Source of the DNA: Lingula anatina | Taxonomy: Eukaryota > Animalia > Brachiopoda | Direction of reading: 5' to 3' | Assembly (NCBI GenBank): GCA_051362555.1 | Contig: JBPQGU010000013.1 | Coordinates: 434,001-498,000 of the forward strand | DNA length: 64,000 nt | Shown: one piece after another, positions 40,707 through 52,799 of the stretch | Position numbering within the stretch: position 1 is the first letter of the stretch | Layout of the letters: each line of letters begins with the position of its first letter | Made by a program: the position numbers and the translations under genes | The notes under the pieces: generated by a model | The model's database searches: none | Told to the model about the DNA's origin: nothing | What the model saw: only the letters and a program-made list of their open reading frames with translations

Positions 40707-41071
40707 TTAATCGCCTATTGTCTCCCCTATGAAAAAGTTATTTAATATTTGATGATCATTTCAACACCTTTTCTTTTAGGATACTTTATGAAAAATATAT
40801 TGGAAATATTTAAAGGTTGATGATAAAATAGTGAAAGCATGAAAAAGAAATCATGAAAATCTTTATTTTTACACCCATGAGATTTGGACTTCCATGGAGA
40901 AAAGGACCTATTTTATATTCAGTCACCATACCACTGTTTTCCACATAGTTTGCATAGAAATCGATATTTTGTCATTATTTGAAAGTTTGATGATGAAAAT
41001 TTTGGTCAATATTTTTAAAACAAGTATCCATCTTTATTCTTGTAGGTTTTGCACTCCCATGTCAAAACACT
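40707..41071. other. Unique AT-rich central spacer (loop) of the foldback element, non-coding
   Basis: It is the only non-repeated sequence in the window. It lies between the two inverted arms and has no ORF with integrase-like motifs. Confidence 0.85.
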
Positions 41072-42007
41072 ACATTTTCATTATGTGCACATTTTTAATT
41101 TTCTCATTTTTTCATTAAAAGTTTCACTGCAAACTACAAAAAATGTGCCAATGTATCAACCATTTTACATGCTACAAGATCACAGTCATATACTCAAAAT
41201 AAAATAAGATTTATGAAGTTTTGTGGCAGGGGAGTCAAATTTTCATGGGGGAGTCAGATTTTCATTATGTGCACATTTTTAATTTTCTCATTTTTTCATT
41301 AAAATTTTCACTGCAAACTACAAAAAATGTGCCAATGTATCAACCATTTTACGTAATACAAGATCACAGTCATATACTCAAAATAAAATAAGATTTATGA
41401 AGTTTTGTGGAGGGGGAGTCAAATTTTCATGGGGGGGGGTCAGATTTTCATTATGTGCTCATTTTTAATTTTCTTATTTGTTCATTAAATTCTCACTGCA
41501 AACTACAAAAAATGTGCCAATGTATCAACCATTTTACATGCTACAGGATCACAGTCATATACTCAAAATAAAATAAGATTTATGAAGTTTTGTGGCAGGG
41601 GAGTCAAATTTTCATGGGGGAGTCAGATTTTCATTATGTGCACATTTTTAATTTTCTCATTTTTTCATTAAAATTTTCACTGCAAACTACAAAAAATGTG
41701 CCAATGTATCAACCATTTTACGTAATACAAGATCACAGTCATATACTCAAAATAAAATAAGATTTATGAAGTTTTGTGGAGGGGGAGTCAAATTTTCATA
41801 GGGGAACCACATTTTCATCATGTGCACATTTTTAATTTTTCTTTTTTTTTATGAAAATTTTCACCTGCAAACTACAAAAAAGTGCCAATGTATCATCCAT
41901 TATGCATACTACAAAATCATAATCATTTACTCAAATAAAATGAGATTAATAAATGTTTTTTTTGGGGGGAGTCAAAATTTCATGGGGGGAGTCAGATTTT
42001 CATTATG
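41072..42007 (-). repeat. Element-internal ~184-bp tandem repeat, right arm, 5 inverted units
   Basis: CATTATG/CATCATG anchor recurs at ~41079, 41263, 41449, 41632, 41816 and 42001. The units are the reverse complement of the left-arm unit (GTGCCAATGTATC vs GATACATTGGCAC; ACAAGATCACAG vs CTGTGATCTTGT). Confidence 0.95.
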
Positions 42008-42091
42008 AAAATCTGACTGGGGAGTCACATTTTCATAATGAAAATCTGACTGGGGAGTCACATTTTAGGGGAGTCAGATTTTCATGGTACA
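41964..42091 (-). repeat. Right terminal inverted repeat, outer domain
   Basis: ATGAAAATCTGACT-GGGG-AGTCACATTTTCAT at 42005-42036, a second slightly damaged copy from 42038, ending GGGAGTCAGATTTTCATGGTACA. Confidence 0.92.
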
Positions 42092-42095
42092 CCGG
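42092..42095. other. Right target-site duplication CCGG
   Basis: ...catggtaca|CCGGcactgtgag. Confidence 0.95.
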
Positions 42096-45000
42096 CACTG
42101 TGAGATTTCTTCAATTTTGGCCAGGTAGGGATGAAAATTTTTTTTCTTCATTATAGTGTCAGGTAGGTGTGTTCGGTCATTTGTAGTAAGAATAAAGTGC
42201 TGGAAGAGTGGTGGTGTCAACATTAAGGAAGAAATAGAGCAAAAACTCTCTCTCCCCCCCCCTCTCAGATTCTGTTCTCAGAGCTTATTTTTGGATCATC
42301 TTTAAAGCTAGAATTGGGGGCCTTGATGAAGTGACCCGGGCGCGTTTCCACATTTTTTATGAATGACAGGTGTGGTAGATTGATTTTCCTCACTTTTTGG
42401 AAAAATCGGAGACGGGTCGATTTTTGGTGATTTTGAGTGATTTTGAACAGTGCCGGCACTGTGAGATTTCTTCAATTTTGGCCAGGTAGGGATGAAAATT
42501 TTTTTTCTTCATTATAGTGTCAGGTAGGTGTGTTCGGTCATTTGTAGTAAGAATAAAGTGCTGGAAGAGTGGTGGTGTCAACATTAAGGAAGAAATAGAG
42601 CAAAAACTCTCTCTCCCCCCCCCTCTCAGATTCTGTTCTCAGAGCTTATTTTTGGATCATCTTTAAAGCTAGAATTGGGGGCCTTGATGAAGTGACCCGG
42701 GCGCGTTTCCACATTTTTTATGAATGACAGGTGTGGTAGATTGATTTTCCTCACTTTTTGGAAAAATTGGAGACGGGTCGATTTTTGGTGATTTTGAGTG
42801 ATTTTGAACAGTGCCGGCACTGTGAGATTTCTTCAATTTTGGCCAGGTAGGGATGAAAATTTTTTTTCTTCATTATAGTGTCAGGTAGGTGTGTTCGGTC
42901 ATTTGTAGTAAGAATAAAGTGCTGGAAGAGTGGTGGTGTCAACATTAAGGAAGAAATAGAGCAAAAACTCTCTCTCCCCCCCCCCTCTCAGATTCTGTTC
43001 TCAGAGCTTATTTTTGGATCATCTTTAAAGCTAGAATTGGGGGCCTTGATGAAGTGACCCGGGCGCGTTTCCACATTTTTTATGAATGACAGGTGTGGTA
43101 GATTGATTTTCCTCACTTTTTGGAAAAATCGGAGACGGGTCGATTTTTGGTGATTTTGAGTGATTTTGAACAGTGCCGGCACTGTGAGATTTCTTCAATT
43201 TTGGCCAGGTAGGGATGAAAATTTTTTTTCTTCATTATAGTGTCAGGTAGGTGTGTTCGGTCATTTGTAGTAAGAATAAAGTGCTGGAAGAGTGGTGGTG
43301 TCAACATTAAGGAAGAAATAGAGCAAAAACTCTGTCTCTCCCCCCCCCCCCCCCTCTCAGATTCTGTTCTCAGAGCTTATTTTTGGATCATCTTTAAAGC
43401 TAGAATTGGGGGCCTTGATGAAGTGACCCGGGCGCGTTTCCACATTTTTTATGAATGACAGGTGTGGTAGATTGATTTTCGTCACTTTTTGGAAAAATCG
43501 GAGACGGGTCGATTTTTGGTGATTTTGAGTGGTTTTGAACAGTGCCGGCACTGTGAGATTTCTTCAGTTTTGGCCAGGTAGGGATGAAAATTTTTTTTCT
43601 TCATTATAGTGTCAGGTAGGTGTGTTCGGTCATTTGTAGTAAGAATAAAGTGCTGGAAGAGTGGTGGTGTCAACATTAAGGAAGAAATAGAGCAAAAACT
43701 CTCTCTCCCCCCCCTCTCAGATTCTGTTCTCAGAGCTTATTTTTGGATCATCTTTAAAGCTAGAATTGGGGGCCTTGATGAAGTGACCCGGGCGCGTTTC
43801 CACATTTTTTATGAATGACAGGTGTGGTAGATTGATTTTCCTCACTTTTTGGAAAAATCGGAGACGGGTCGATTTTTGGTGATTTTGAGTGATTTTGAAC
43901 AGTGCCGGCACTGTGAGATTTCTTCAATTTTGGCCAGGTAGGGATGAAAATTTTTTTTCTTCATTATAGTGTCAGGTAGGTGTGTTCGGTCATTTGTAGT
44001 AAGAATAAAGTGCTGGAAGAGTGGTGGTGTCAACATTAAGGAAGAAATAGAGCAAAAACTCTCTCTCCCCCCCCCCTCTCAGATTCTGTTCTCAGAGCTT
44101 ATTTTTGGATCATCTTTAAAGCTAGAATTGGGGGCCTTGATGTAGTGACCCGGGCGCGTTTCCACATTTTTTATGAATGACAGGTGTGGTAGATTGATTT
44201 TCCTCACTTTTTGGAAAAATCGGAGACGGGTCGATTTTTGGTGATTTTGAGTGATTTTGAACAGTGCCGGCACTGTGAGATTTCTTCAATTTTGGCCAGG
44301 TAGGGATGAAAATTTTTTTTCTTCATTATAGTGTCAGGTAGGTGTGTTCGGTCATTTGTAGTAAGAATAAAGTGCTGGAAGAGTGGTGGTGTCAACATTA
44401 AGGAAGAAATAGAGCAAAAACTCTCTCTCCCCCCCCCCTCTCAGATTCTGTTCTCAGAGCTTATTTTTGGATCATCTTTAAAGCTAGAATTGGGGGCCTT
44501 GATGTAGTGACCCGGGCGCGTTTCCACATTTTTTATGAATGACAGGTGTGGTAGATTGATTTTCCTCACTTTTTGGAAAAATCGGAGACGGGTCGATTTT
44601 TGGTGATTTTGAGTGATTTTGAACAGTGCCGGCACTGTGAGATTTCTTCAATTTTGGCCAGGTAGGGATGAAAAATTTTTTTCTTCATTTTAGTGTCAGG
44701 TAGGTGTGTTCGGTCATTTGTAGTAAGAATAAAGTGCTGGAAGAGTGGTGGTGTCAACATTAAGGAAGAAATAGAGCAAAAACTCTGTCTCTCCCCCCCC
44801 CCCCCCTCTCAGATTCTGTTCTCAGAGCTTATTTTTGGATCATCTTTAAAGCTAGAATTGGGGGCCTTGATGAAGTGACCCGGGCGCGTTTCCACATTTT
44901 TTATGAATGACAGGTGTGGTAGATTGATTTTCGTCACTTTTTGGAAAAATCGGAGACGGGTCGATTTTTGGTGATTTTGAGTGGTTTTGAACAGTGCCGG

Positions 45001-48000
45001 CACTGTGAGATTTCTTCAGTTTTGGCCAGGTAGGGATGAAAATTTTTTTTCTTCATTATAGTGTCAGGTAGGTGTGTTCGGTCATTTGTAGTAAGAATAA
45101 AGTGCTGGAAGAGTGGTGGTGTCAACATTAAGGAAGAAATAGAGCAAAAACTCTGTCTCTCCCCCCCCTCTCAGATTCTGTTCTCAGAGCTTATTTTTGG
45201 ATCATCTTTAAAGCTAGAATTGGGGGCCTTGATGAAGTGACCCGGGCGCGTTTCCACATTTTTTATGAATGACAGGTGTGGTAGATTGATTTTCGTCACT
45301 TTTTGGAAAAATCGGAGACGGGTCGATTTTTGGTGATTTTGAGTGATTTTGAACAGTGCCGGCACTGTGAGATTTCTTCAATTTTGGCCAGGTAGGGATG
45401 AAAATTTTTTTTCTTCATTATAGTGTCAGGTAGGTGTGTTCGGTCATTTGTAGTAAGAATAAAGTGCTGGAAGAGTGGTGGTGTCAACATTAAGGAAGAA
45501 ATAGAGCAAAAACTCTGTCTCTCCCCCCCCCTCTCAGATTCTGTTCTCAGAGCTTATTTTTGGATCATCTTTAAAGCTAGAATTGGGGGCCTTGATGAAG
45601 TGACCCGGGCGCGTTTCCACATTTTTTATGAATGACAGGTGTGGTAGATTGATTTTCGTCACTTTTTGGAAAAATCGGAGACGGGTCGATTTTTGGTGAT
45701 TTTGAGTGATTTTGAACAGTGCCGGCACTGTGAGATTTCTTCAATTTTGGCCAGGTAGGGATGAAAATTTTTTTTCTTCACTATAGTGTCAGGTAGGTGT
45801 GTTCGGTCATTTGTAGTAAGAATAAAGTGCTGGAAGAGTGGTGGTGTCAACATTAAGGAAGAAATAGAGCAAAAACTCTGTCTCTCCCCCCCCCCCCTCT
45901 CAGATTCTGTTCTCAGAGCTTATTTTTGGATCATCTTTAAAGCTAGAATTGGGGGCCTTGATGAAGTGACCCGGGCGCGTTTCCACATTTTTTATGAATG
46001 ACAGGTGTGGTAGATTGATTTTCGTCACTTTTTGGAAAAATTGGAGACGGGGCGATTTTTGGTGATTTTGAGTGATTTTGAACAGTGCCGGCACTGTGAG
46101 ATTTCTTCAATTTTGGCCAGGTAGGGATGAAAATTTTTTTTCTTCACTATAGTGTCAGGTAGGTGTGTTCGGTCATTTGTAGTAAGAATAAAGTGCTGGA
46201 AGAGTGGTGGTGTCAACATTAAGGAAGAAATAGAGCAAAAACTCTGTCTCTCCCCCCCCCCCCTCTCAGATTCTGTTCTCAGAGCTTATTTTTGGATCAT
46301 CTTTAAAGCTAGAATTGGGGGCCTTGATGAAGTGACCCGGGCGCGTTTCCACATTTTTTATGAATGACAGGTGTGGTAGATTGATTTTCGTCACTTTTTG
46401 GAAAAATTGGAGACGGGGCGATTTTTGGTGATTTTGAGTGATTTTGAACAGTGCCGGCACTGTGAGATTTCTTCAATTTTGGCCAGGTAGGGATGAAAAT
46501 TTTTTTTCTTCACTATAGTGTCAGGTAGGTGTGTTCGGTCATTTGTAGTAAGAATAAAGTGCTGGAAGAGTGGTGGTGTCAACATTAAGGAAGAAATAGA
46601 GCAAAAACTCTGTCTCTCCCCCCCCCTCTCAGATTCTGTTCTCAGAGCTTATTTTTGGATCATCTTTAAAGCTAGAATTGGGGGCCTTGATGAAGTGACC
46701 CGGGCGCGTTTCCACATTTTTTATGAATGACAGGTGTGGTAGATTGATTTTCGTCACTTTTTGGAAAAATCGGAGACGGGTCGATTTTTGGTGATTTTGA
46801 GTGATTTTGAACAGTGCCGGCACTGTGAGATTTCTTCAATTTTGGCCAGGTAGGGATGAAAATTTTTTTTCTTCATTATAGTGTCAGGTAGGTGTGTTCG
46901 GTCATTTGTAGTAAGAATAAAGTGCTGGAAGAGTGGTGGTGTCAACATTAAGGAAGAAATAGAGCAAAAACTCTGTCTCTCCCCCCCCTCTCAGATTCTG
47001 TTCTCAGAGCTTATTTTTGGATCATCTTTAAAGCTAGAATTGGGGGCCTTGATGAAGTGACCCGGGCACGTTTCCACATTTTTTATGAATGACAGGTGTG
47101 GTAGATTGATTTTTGTCACTTTTTGGAAAAATCGGAGACGGGTCGATTTTTGGTGATTTTGAGTGATTTTGAACAGTGCCGGCACTGTGAGATTTCTTCA
47201 ATTTTGGCCAGGTAGGGATGAAAATTTTTTTTCTTCATTATAGTGTCAGGTAGGTGTGTTCGGTCATTTGTAGTAAGAATAAAGTGCTGGAAGAGTGGTG
47301 GTGTCAACATTAAGGAAGAAATAGAGCAAAAACTCTGTCTCTCCCCCCCCCCCTCTCAGATTCTGTTCTCAGAGCTTATTTTTGGATCATCTTTAAAGCT
47401 AGAATTGGGGGCCTTGATGAAGTGACCCGGGCGCGTTTCCACATTTTTTATGAATGACAGGTGTGGTAGATTGATTTTCGTCACTTTTTGGAAAAATCGG
47501 AGACGGGGCGATTTTTTGTGATTTTGAGTGATTTTGAACAGTGCCGGCACTGTGAGATTTCTTCAATTTTGGCCAGGTAGGGATGAACATTTTTTTTCTT
47601 CATTATAGTGTCAGGTAGGTGTGTTCGGTCATTTGTAGTAAGAATAAAGTGCTGGAAGAGTGGTGGTGTCAACATTAAGGAAGAAATAGAGCAAAAACTC
47701 TGTCTCTCCCCCCCCCTCTCAGATTCTGTTCTCAGAGCTTATTTTTGGATCATCTTTAAAGCTAGAATTGGGGGCCTTGATGAAGTGACCCGGGCGCGTT
47801 TCCACATTTTTTATGAATGACAGGTGTGGTAGATTGATTTTTGTCACTTTTTGGAAAAATCGGAGACGGGTCGATTTTTGGTGATTTTGAGTGATTTTGA
47901 ACAGTGCCGGCACTGTGAGATTTCTTCAATTTTGGCCAGGTAGGGATGAAAATTTTTTTTCTTCATTATAGTGTCAGGTAGGTGTGTTCGGTCATTTGTA

Positions 48001-51000
48001 GTAAGAATAAAGTGCTGGAAGAGTGGTGGTGTCAACATTAAGGAAGAAATAGAGCAAAAACTCTGTCTCTCCCCCCCCCCTCTCAGATTCTGTTCTCAGA
48101 GCTTATTTTTGGATCATCTTTAAAGCTAGAATTTGATGGCCTTGATGAAGTGACCCGGGCGCGTTTCCACATTTTTTATGAATGACAGGTGTGGTAGATT
48201 GATTTTCGTCACTTTTTGGAAAAATCGGAGACGGGGCGATTTTTGGTGATTTTGAGTGATTTTGAACAGTGCCGGCACTGTGAGATTTCTTCAATTTTGG
48301 CCAGGTAGGGATGAAATTTTTTTTTCTTCATTATAGTGTCAGGTAGGTGTGTTCGGTCATTTGTAGTAAGAATAAAGTGCTGGAAGAGTGGTGGTGTCAA
48401 CATTAAGGAAGAAATAGAGCAAAAACTCTGTCTCTCCCCCCCCCCTCTCAGATTCTGTTCTCAGAGCTTATTTTTGGATCATCTTTAAAGCTAGAATTGG
48501 GGGCCTTGATGAAGTGACCCGGGCGCGTTTCCACATTTTTTATGAATGACAGGTGTGGTAGATTGATTTTCGTCACTTTTTGGAAAAATCGGAGACGGGT
48601 CGATTTTTGGTGATTTTGAGTGATTTTGAACAGTGCCGGCACTGTGAGATTTCTTCAATTTTGGCCAAGTAGGGATGAAAATTTTTTTTCTTCATTATAG
48701 TGTCAGGTAGGTGTGTTCGGTCATTTGTAGTAAGAATAAAGTGCTGGAAGAGTGGTGGTGTCAACATTAAGGAAGAAATAGAGCAAAAACTCTGTCTCTC
48801 CCCCCCCCTCTCAGATTCTGTTCTCAGAGCTTATTTTTGGATCATCTTTAAAGCTAGAATTAGGGGCCTTGATGAAGTGACCCGGGCGCGTTTCCACATT
48901 TTTTATGAATGACAGGTGTGGTAGATTGATTTTTGTCACTTTTTGGAAAAATCGGAGACGGGTCGATTTTTGGTGATTTTGAGTGATTTTGAACAGTGCC
49001 GGCACTGTGAGATTTCTTCAATTTTGGCCAGGTAGGGATGAAAATTTTTTTTCTTCATTATAGTGTCAGGTAGGTGTGTTCGGTCATTTGTAGTAAGAAT
49101 AAAGTGCTGGAAGAGTGGTGGTGTCAACATTAAGGAAGAAATAGAGCAAAAACTCTGTCTCTCCCCCCCCCCTCTCAGATTCTGTTCTCAGAGCTTATTT
49201 TTGGATCATCTTTAAAGCTAGAATTGGGGGCCTTGATGAAGTGACCCGGGCGCGTTTCCACATTTTTTATGAATGACAGGTGTGGTAGATTGATTTTCGT
49301 CACTTTTTGGAAAAATCGGAGACGGGTCGATTTTTGGTGATTTTGAGTGATTTTGAACAGTGCCGGCACTGTGAGATTTCTTCAATTTTGGCCAGGTAGG
49401 GATGAAAATTTTTTTTCTTCATTATAGTGTCAGGTAGGTGTGTTCGGTCATTTGTAGTAAGAATAAAGTGCTGGAAGAGTGGTGGTGTCAACATTAAGGA
49501 AGAAATAGAGCAAAAACTCTGTCTCTCCCCCCCCCTCTCAGATTCTGTTCTCAGAGCTTATTTTTGGATCACCTTTAAAGCTAGAATTGGGGGCCTTGAT
49601 GAAGTGACCCGGGCGCGTTTCCACATTTTTTATGAATGACAGGTGTGGTAGATTGATTTTCGTCACTTTTTGGAAAAATCGGAGACGGGGCGATTTTTGG
49701 TGATTTTGAGTGATTTTGAACAGTGCCGGCACTGTGAGATTTCTTCAATTTTGGCCAGGTAGGGATGAAAATTTTTTTTCTTCACTATAGTGTCAGGTAG
49801 GTGTGTTCGGTCATTTGTAGTAAGAATAAAGTGCTGGAAGAGTGGTGGTGTCAACATTAAGGAAGAAATAGAGCAAAAACTCTGTCTCTCCCCCCCCCCC
49901 CCCCCTCTCAGATTCTGTTCTCAGAGCTTATTTTTGGATCATCTTTAAAGCTAGAATTGGGGGCCTTGATGAAGTGACCCGGGCGCGTTTCCACATTTTT
50001 TATGAATGACAGGTGTGGTAGATTGATTTTCCTCACTTTTTGGAAAAATCGGAGACGGGTCGATTTTTGGTGATTTTGAGTGATTTTGAACAGTGCCGGC
50101 ACTGTGAGATTTCTTCAATTTTGGCCAGGTAGGGATGAAAATTTTTTTTCTTCATTATAGTGTCAGGTAGGTGTGTTCGGTCATTTGTAGTAAGAATAAA
50201 GTGCTGGAAGAGTGGTGGTGTCAACATTAAGGAAGAAATAGAGCAAAAACTCTGTCTCTCCCCCCCCCTCTCAGATTCTGTTCTCAGAGCTTATTTTTGG
50301 ATCATCTTTAAAGCTAGAATTGGGGGCCTTGATGAAGTGACCCGGGCGCGTTTCCACATTTTTTATGAATGACAGGTGTGGTAGATTGATTTTCGTCACT
50401 TTTTGGAAAAATCGGAGATGGGTCGATTTTTAGTGATTTTGAGTGATTTTGAACAGTGCCGGCACTGTGAGATTTCTTCAATTTTGGCCAGGTAGGGATG
50501 AAAATTTTTTTTCTTCATTATAGTGTCAGGTAGGTGTGTTCGGTCATTTGTAGTAAGAATAAAGTGCTGGAAGTGGTGGTGTCAACATTAAGGAAGAAAT
50601 AGAGCAAAAACTCTGTCTCTCCGCCCCCCTCTCAGGTTCTGTTCTCAGAGCTTATTTTTGGATCATCTTTAAAGCTAGAATTGGGGGCCTTGATGAAGTG
50701 ACCCGGGCGCGTTTCCACATTTTTTATGAATGACAGGTGTGGTAGATTGATTTTCGTCACTTTTTGGAAAAATCGGAGACGGGTCGATTTTTGGTGATTT
50801 TGAGTGATTTTGAACAGTGCCGGCACTGTGAGATTTCTTCAATTTTGGCCAGGTAAGGATGAAAATTTTTTTTCTTCATTATAGTGTCAGGTAGGTGTGT
50901 TCGGTCATTTGTAGTAAGAATAAAGTGCTGGAAGAGTGGTGGTGTCAACATTAAGGAAGAAATAGAGCAAAAACTCTGTCTCTCCCCCCCCCCCCCCTCT

Positions 51001-52799
51001 CAGATTCTGTTCTCAGAGCTTATTTTTGGATCATCTTTAAAGCTAGAATTGGGGGCCTTGATGAAGTGACCCGGGCGGGTTTCAACCTTTTTTTATGAAT
51101 GACAGGTGTGGTAGATTGATTTTCGTCACTTTTTGGAAAAATCGGAGACGGGTCGATTTTTGGTGATTTTGAGTGATTTTGAACAGTGCCGGCACTGTGA
51201 GATTTCTTCAATTTTGGCCAGGTAGGGATGAAAATTTTTTTTCTTCATTATAGTGTCAGGTAGGTATGTTCGGTCATTTGTAGTAAGAATAAAGTGCTGG
51301 AAGAGTGGTGGTGTCAACATTAAGGAAGAAATAGAGCAAAAACTCTGTCTCTCCCCCCCCCCTCTCAGATTCTGTTCTCAGAGCTTATTTTTGGATCATC
51401 TTTAAAGCTAGAATTGGGGGCCTTGATGAAGTGACCCGGGCGCGTTTCCACATTTTTTATGAATGACAGATGTGGTAGATTGATTTTCGTCACTTTTTGG
51501 AAAAATCGGAGACGGGTCGATTTTTGGTGATTTTGAGTGATTTTGAACAGTGCCGGCACTGTGAGATTTCTTCAATTTTGGCCAGGTAGGGATGAAAATT
51601 TTTTTTCTTCATTATAGTGTCAGGTAGGTGTGTTCGGTCATTTGTAGTAAGAATAAAGTGCTGGAAGAGTGGTGGTGTCAACATTAAGGAAGAAATAAAG
51701 CAAAAACTCTGTCTCTCCCCCCCCTCTCAGATTCTGTTCTCAGAGCTTATTTTTGGATCATCCTTAAAGCTAGAATTGGGGGCCTTGATGAAGTGACCCG
51801 GGCGCGTTTCCACATTTTTTATGAATGACAGGTGTGGTAGATTGATTTTCGTCACTTTTTGGAAAAATCGGAGACGGGTCGATTTTTGGTGATTTTGAGT
51901 GATTTTGAACAGTGCCGGCACTGTGAGATTTCTTCAATTTTGGCCAGGTAGGGATGAAAATTTTTTTTCTTCATTATAGTGTCAGGTAGGTGTGTTCAGT
52001 CATTTGTAGTAAGAATAAAGTGCTGGAAGAGTGGTGGTGTCAACATTAAGGAAGAAATAGAGCAAAAACTCTGTCTCTCCCCCCCCCCCCCCTCTCAGAT
52101 TCTGTTCTCAGAGCTTATTTTTGGATCATCTTTAAAGCTAGAATTGGGGGCCTTGATGAAGTGACCCGGGTGCGTTTCCACATTTTTTATGAATGACAGA
52201 TGTGGTAGATTGATTTTCGTCACTTTTTGGAAAAATCGGAGACGGGTCGATTTTTGGTGATTTTGAGTGATTTTGAACAGTGCCGGCACTGTGAGATTTC
52301 TTCAATTTTGGCCAGGTAGGGATGAAAATTTTTTTTCTTCATTATAGTGTCAGGTAGGTGTGTTCGGTCATTTGTAGTAAGAATAAAGTGCTGGAAGAGT
52401 GGTGGTGTCAACATTAAGGAAGAAATAGAGCAAAAACTCTGTCTCTCCCCCCCCCCTCTCAGATTCTGTTCTCAGAGCTTATTTTTGGATCATCTTTAAA
52501 GCTAGAATTGGGGGCCTTGATGAAGTGACCCGGGCGCGTTTCCACATTTTTTATGAATGACAGGTGTGGTAGATTGATTTTCGTCACTTTTTGGAAAAAT
52601 CGGAGACGGGTCGATTTTTGGTGATTTTGAGTGATTTTGAACAGTGCCGGCACTGTGAGATTTCTTCAATTTTGGCCAGGTAGGGATGAAAATTTTTTTT
52701 CTTCATTATAGTGTCAGGTAGGTGTGTTCGGTCATTTGTAGTAAGAATAAAGTGCTGGAAGAGTGGTGGTGTCAACATTAAGGAAGAAATAGAGCAAAA

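Larger units (their letters stand above)
39516..42091. mobile_element. Non-autonomous foldback DNA transposon, 2,576 bp, Ginger1-like (TGTA...TACA termini, CCGG TSD)
   Basis: Left junction is ACAGTG-CCGG|TGTAACATGAAAATCTGACTCCC. Right junction is GGGAGTCAGATTTTCATGGTACA|CCGG-CACTGT. Empty monomers read ACAGTG-CCGG-CACTGT, so CCGG is duplicated. The terminal 23 bp match as inverted repeats with 1 mismatch. No transposase ORF is present. Element status is near certain. The Ginger1 label rests only on the termini and TSD signature. Confidence 0.93.

Noticed and set aside
39516-42091. LTR retrotransposon or solo LTR (TG...CA ends, 4-bp TSD)
   Set aside because: The element consists of kilobase inverted arms, not direct repeats. 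There is no PBS, PPT or gag/pol remnant. A DNA transposon of Ginger type fits better.
39476-42156. ORFs within the element as a possible transposase
   Set aside because: All are 110 aa or shorter, low-complexity translations of the 184-bp and 33-bp repeats, with no zinc finger, DDE or GPY/F motif.
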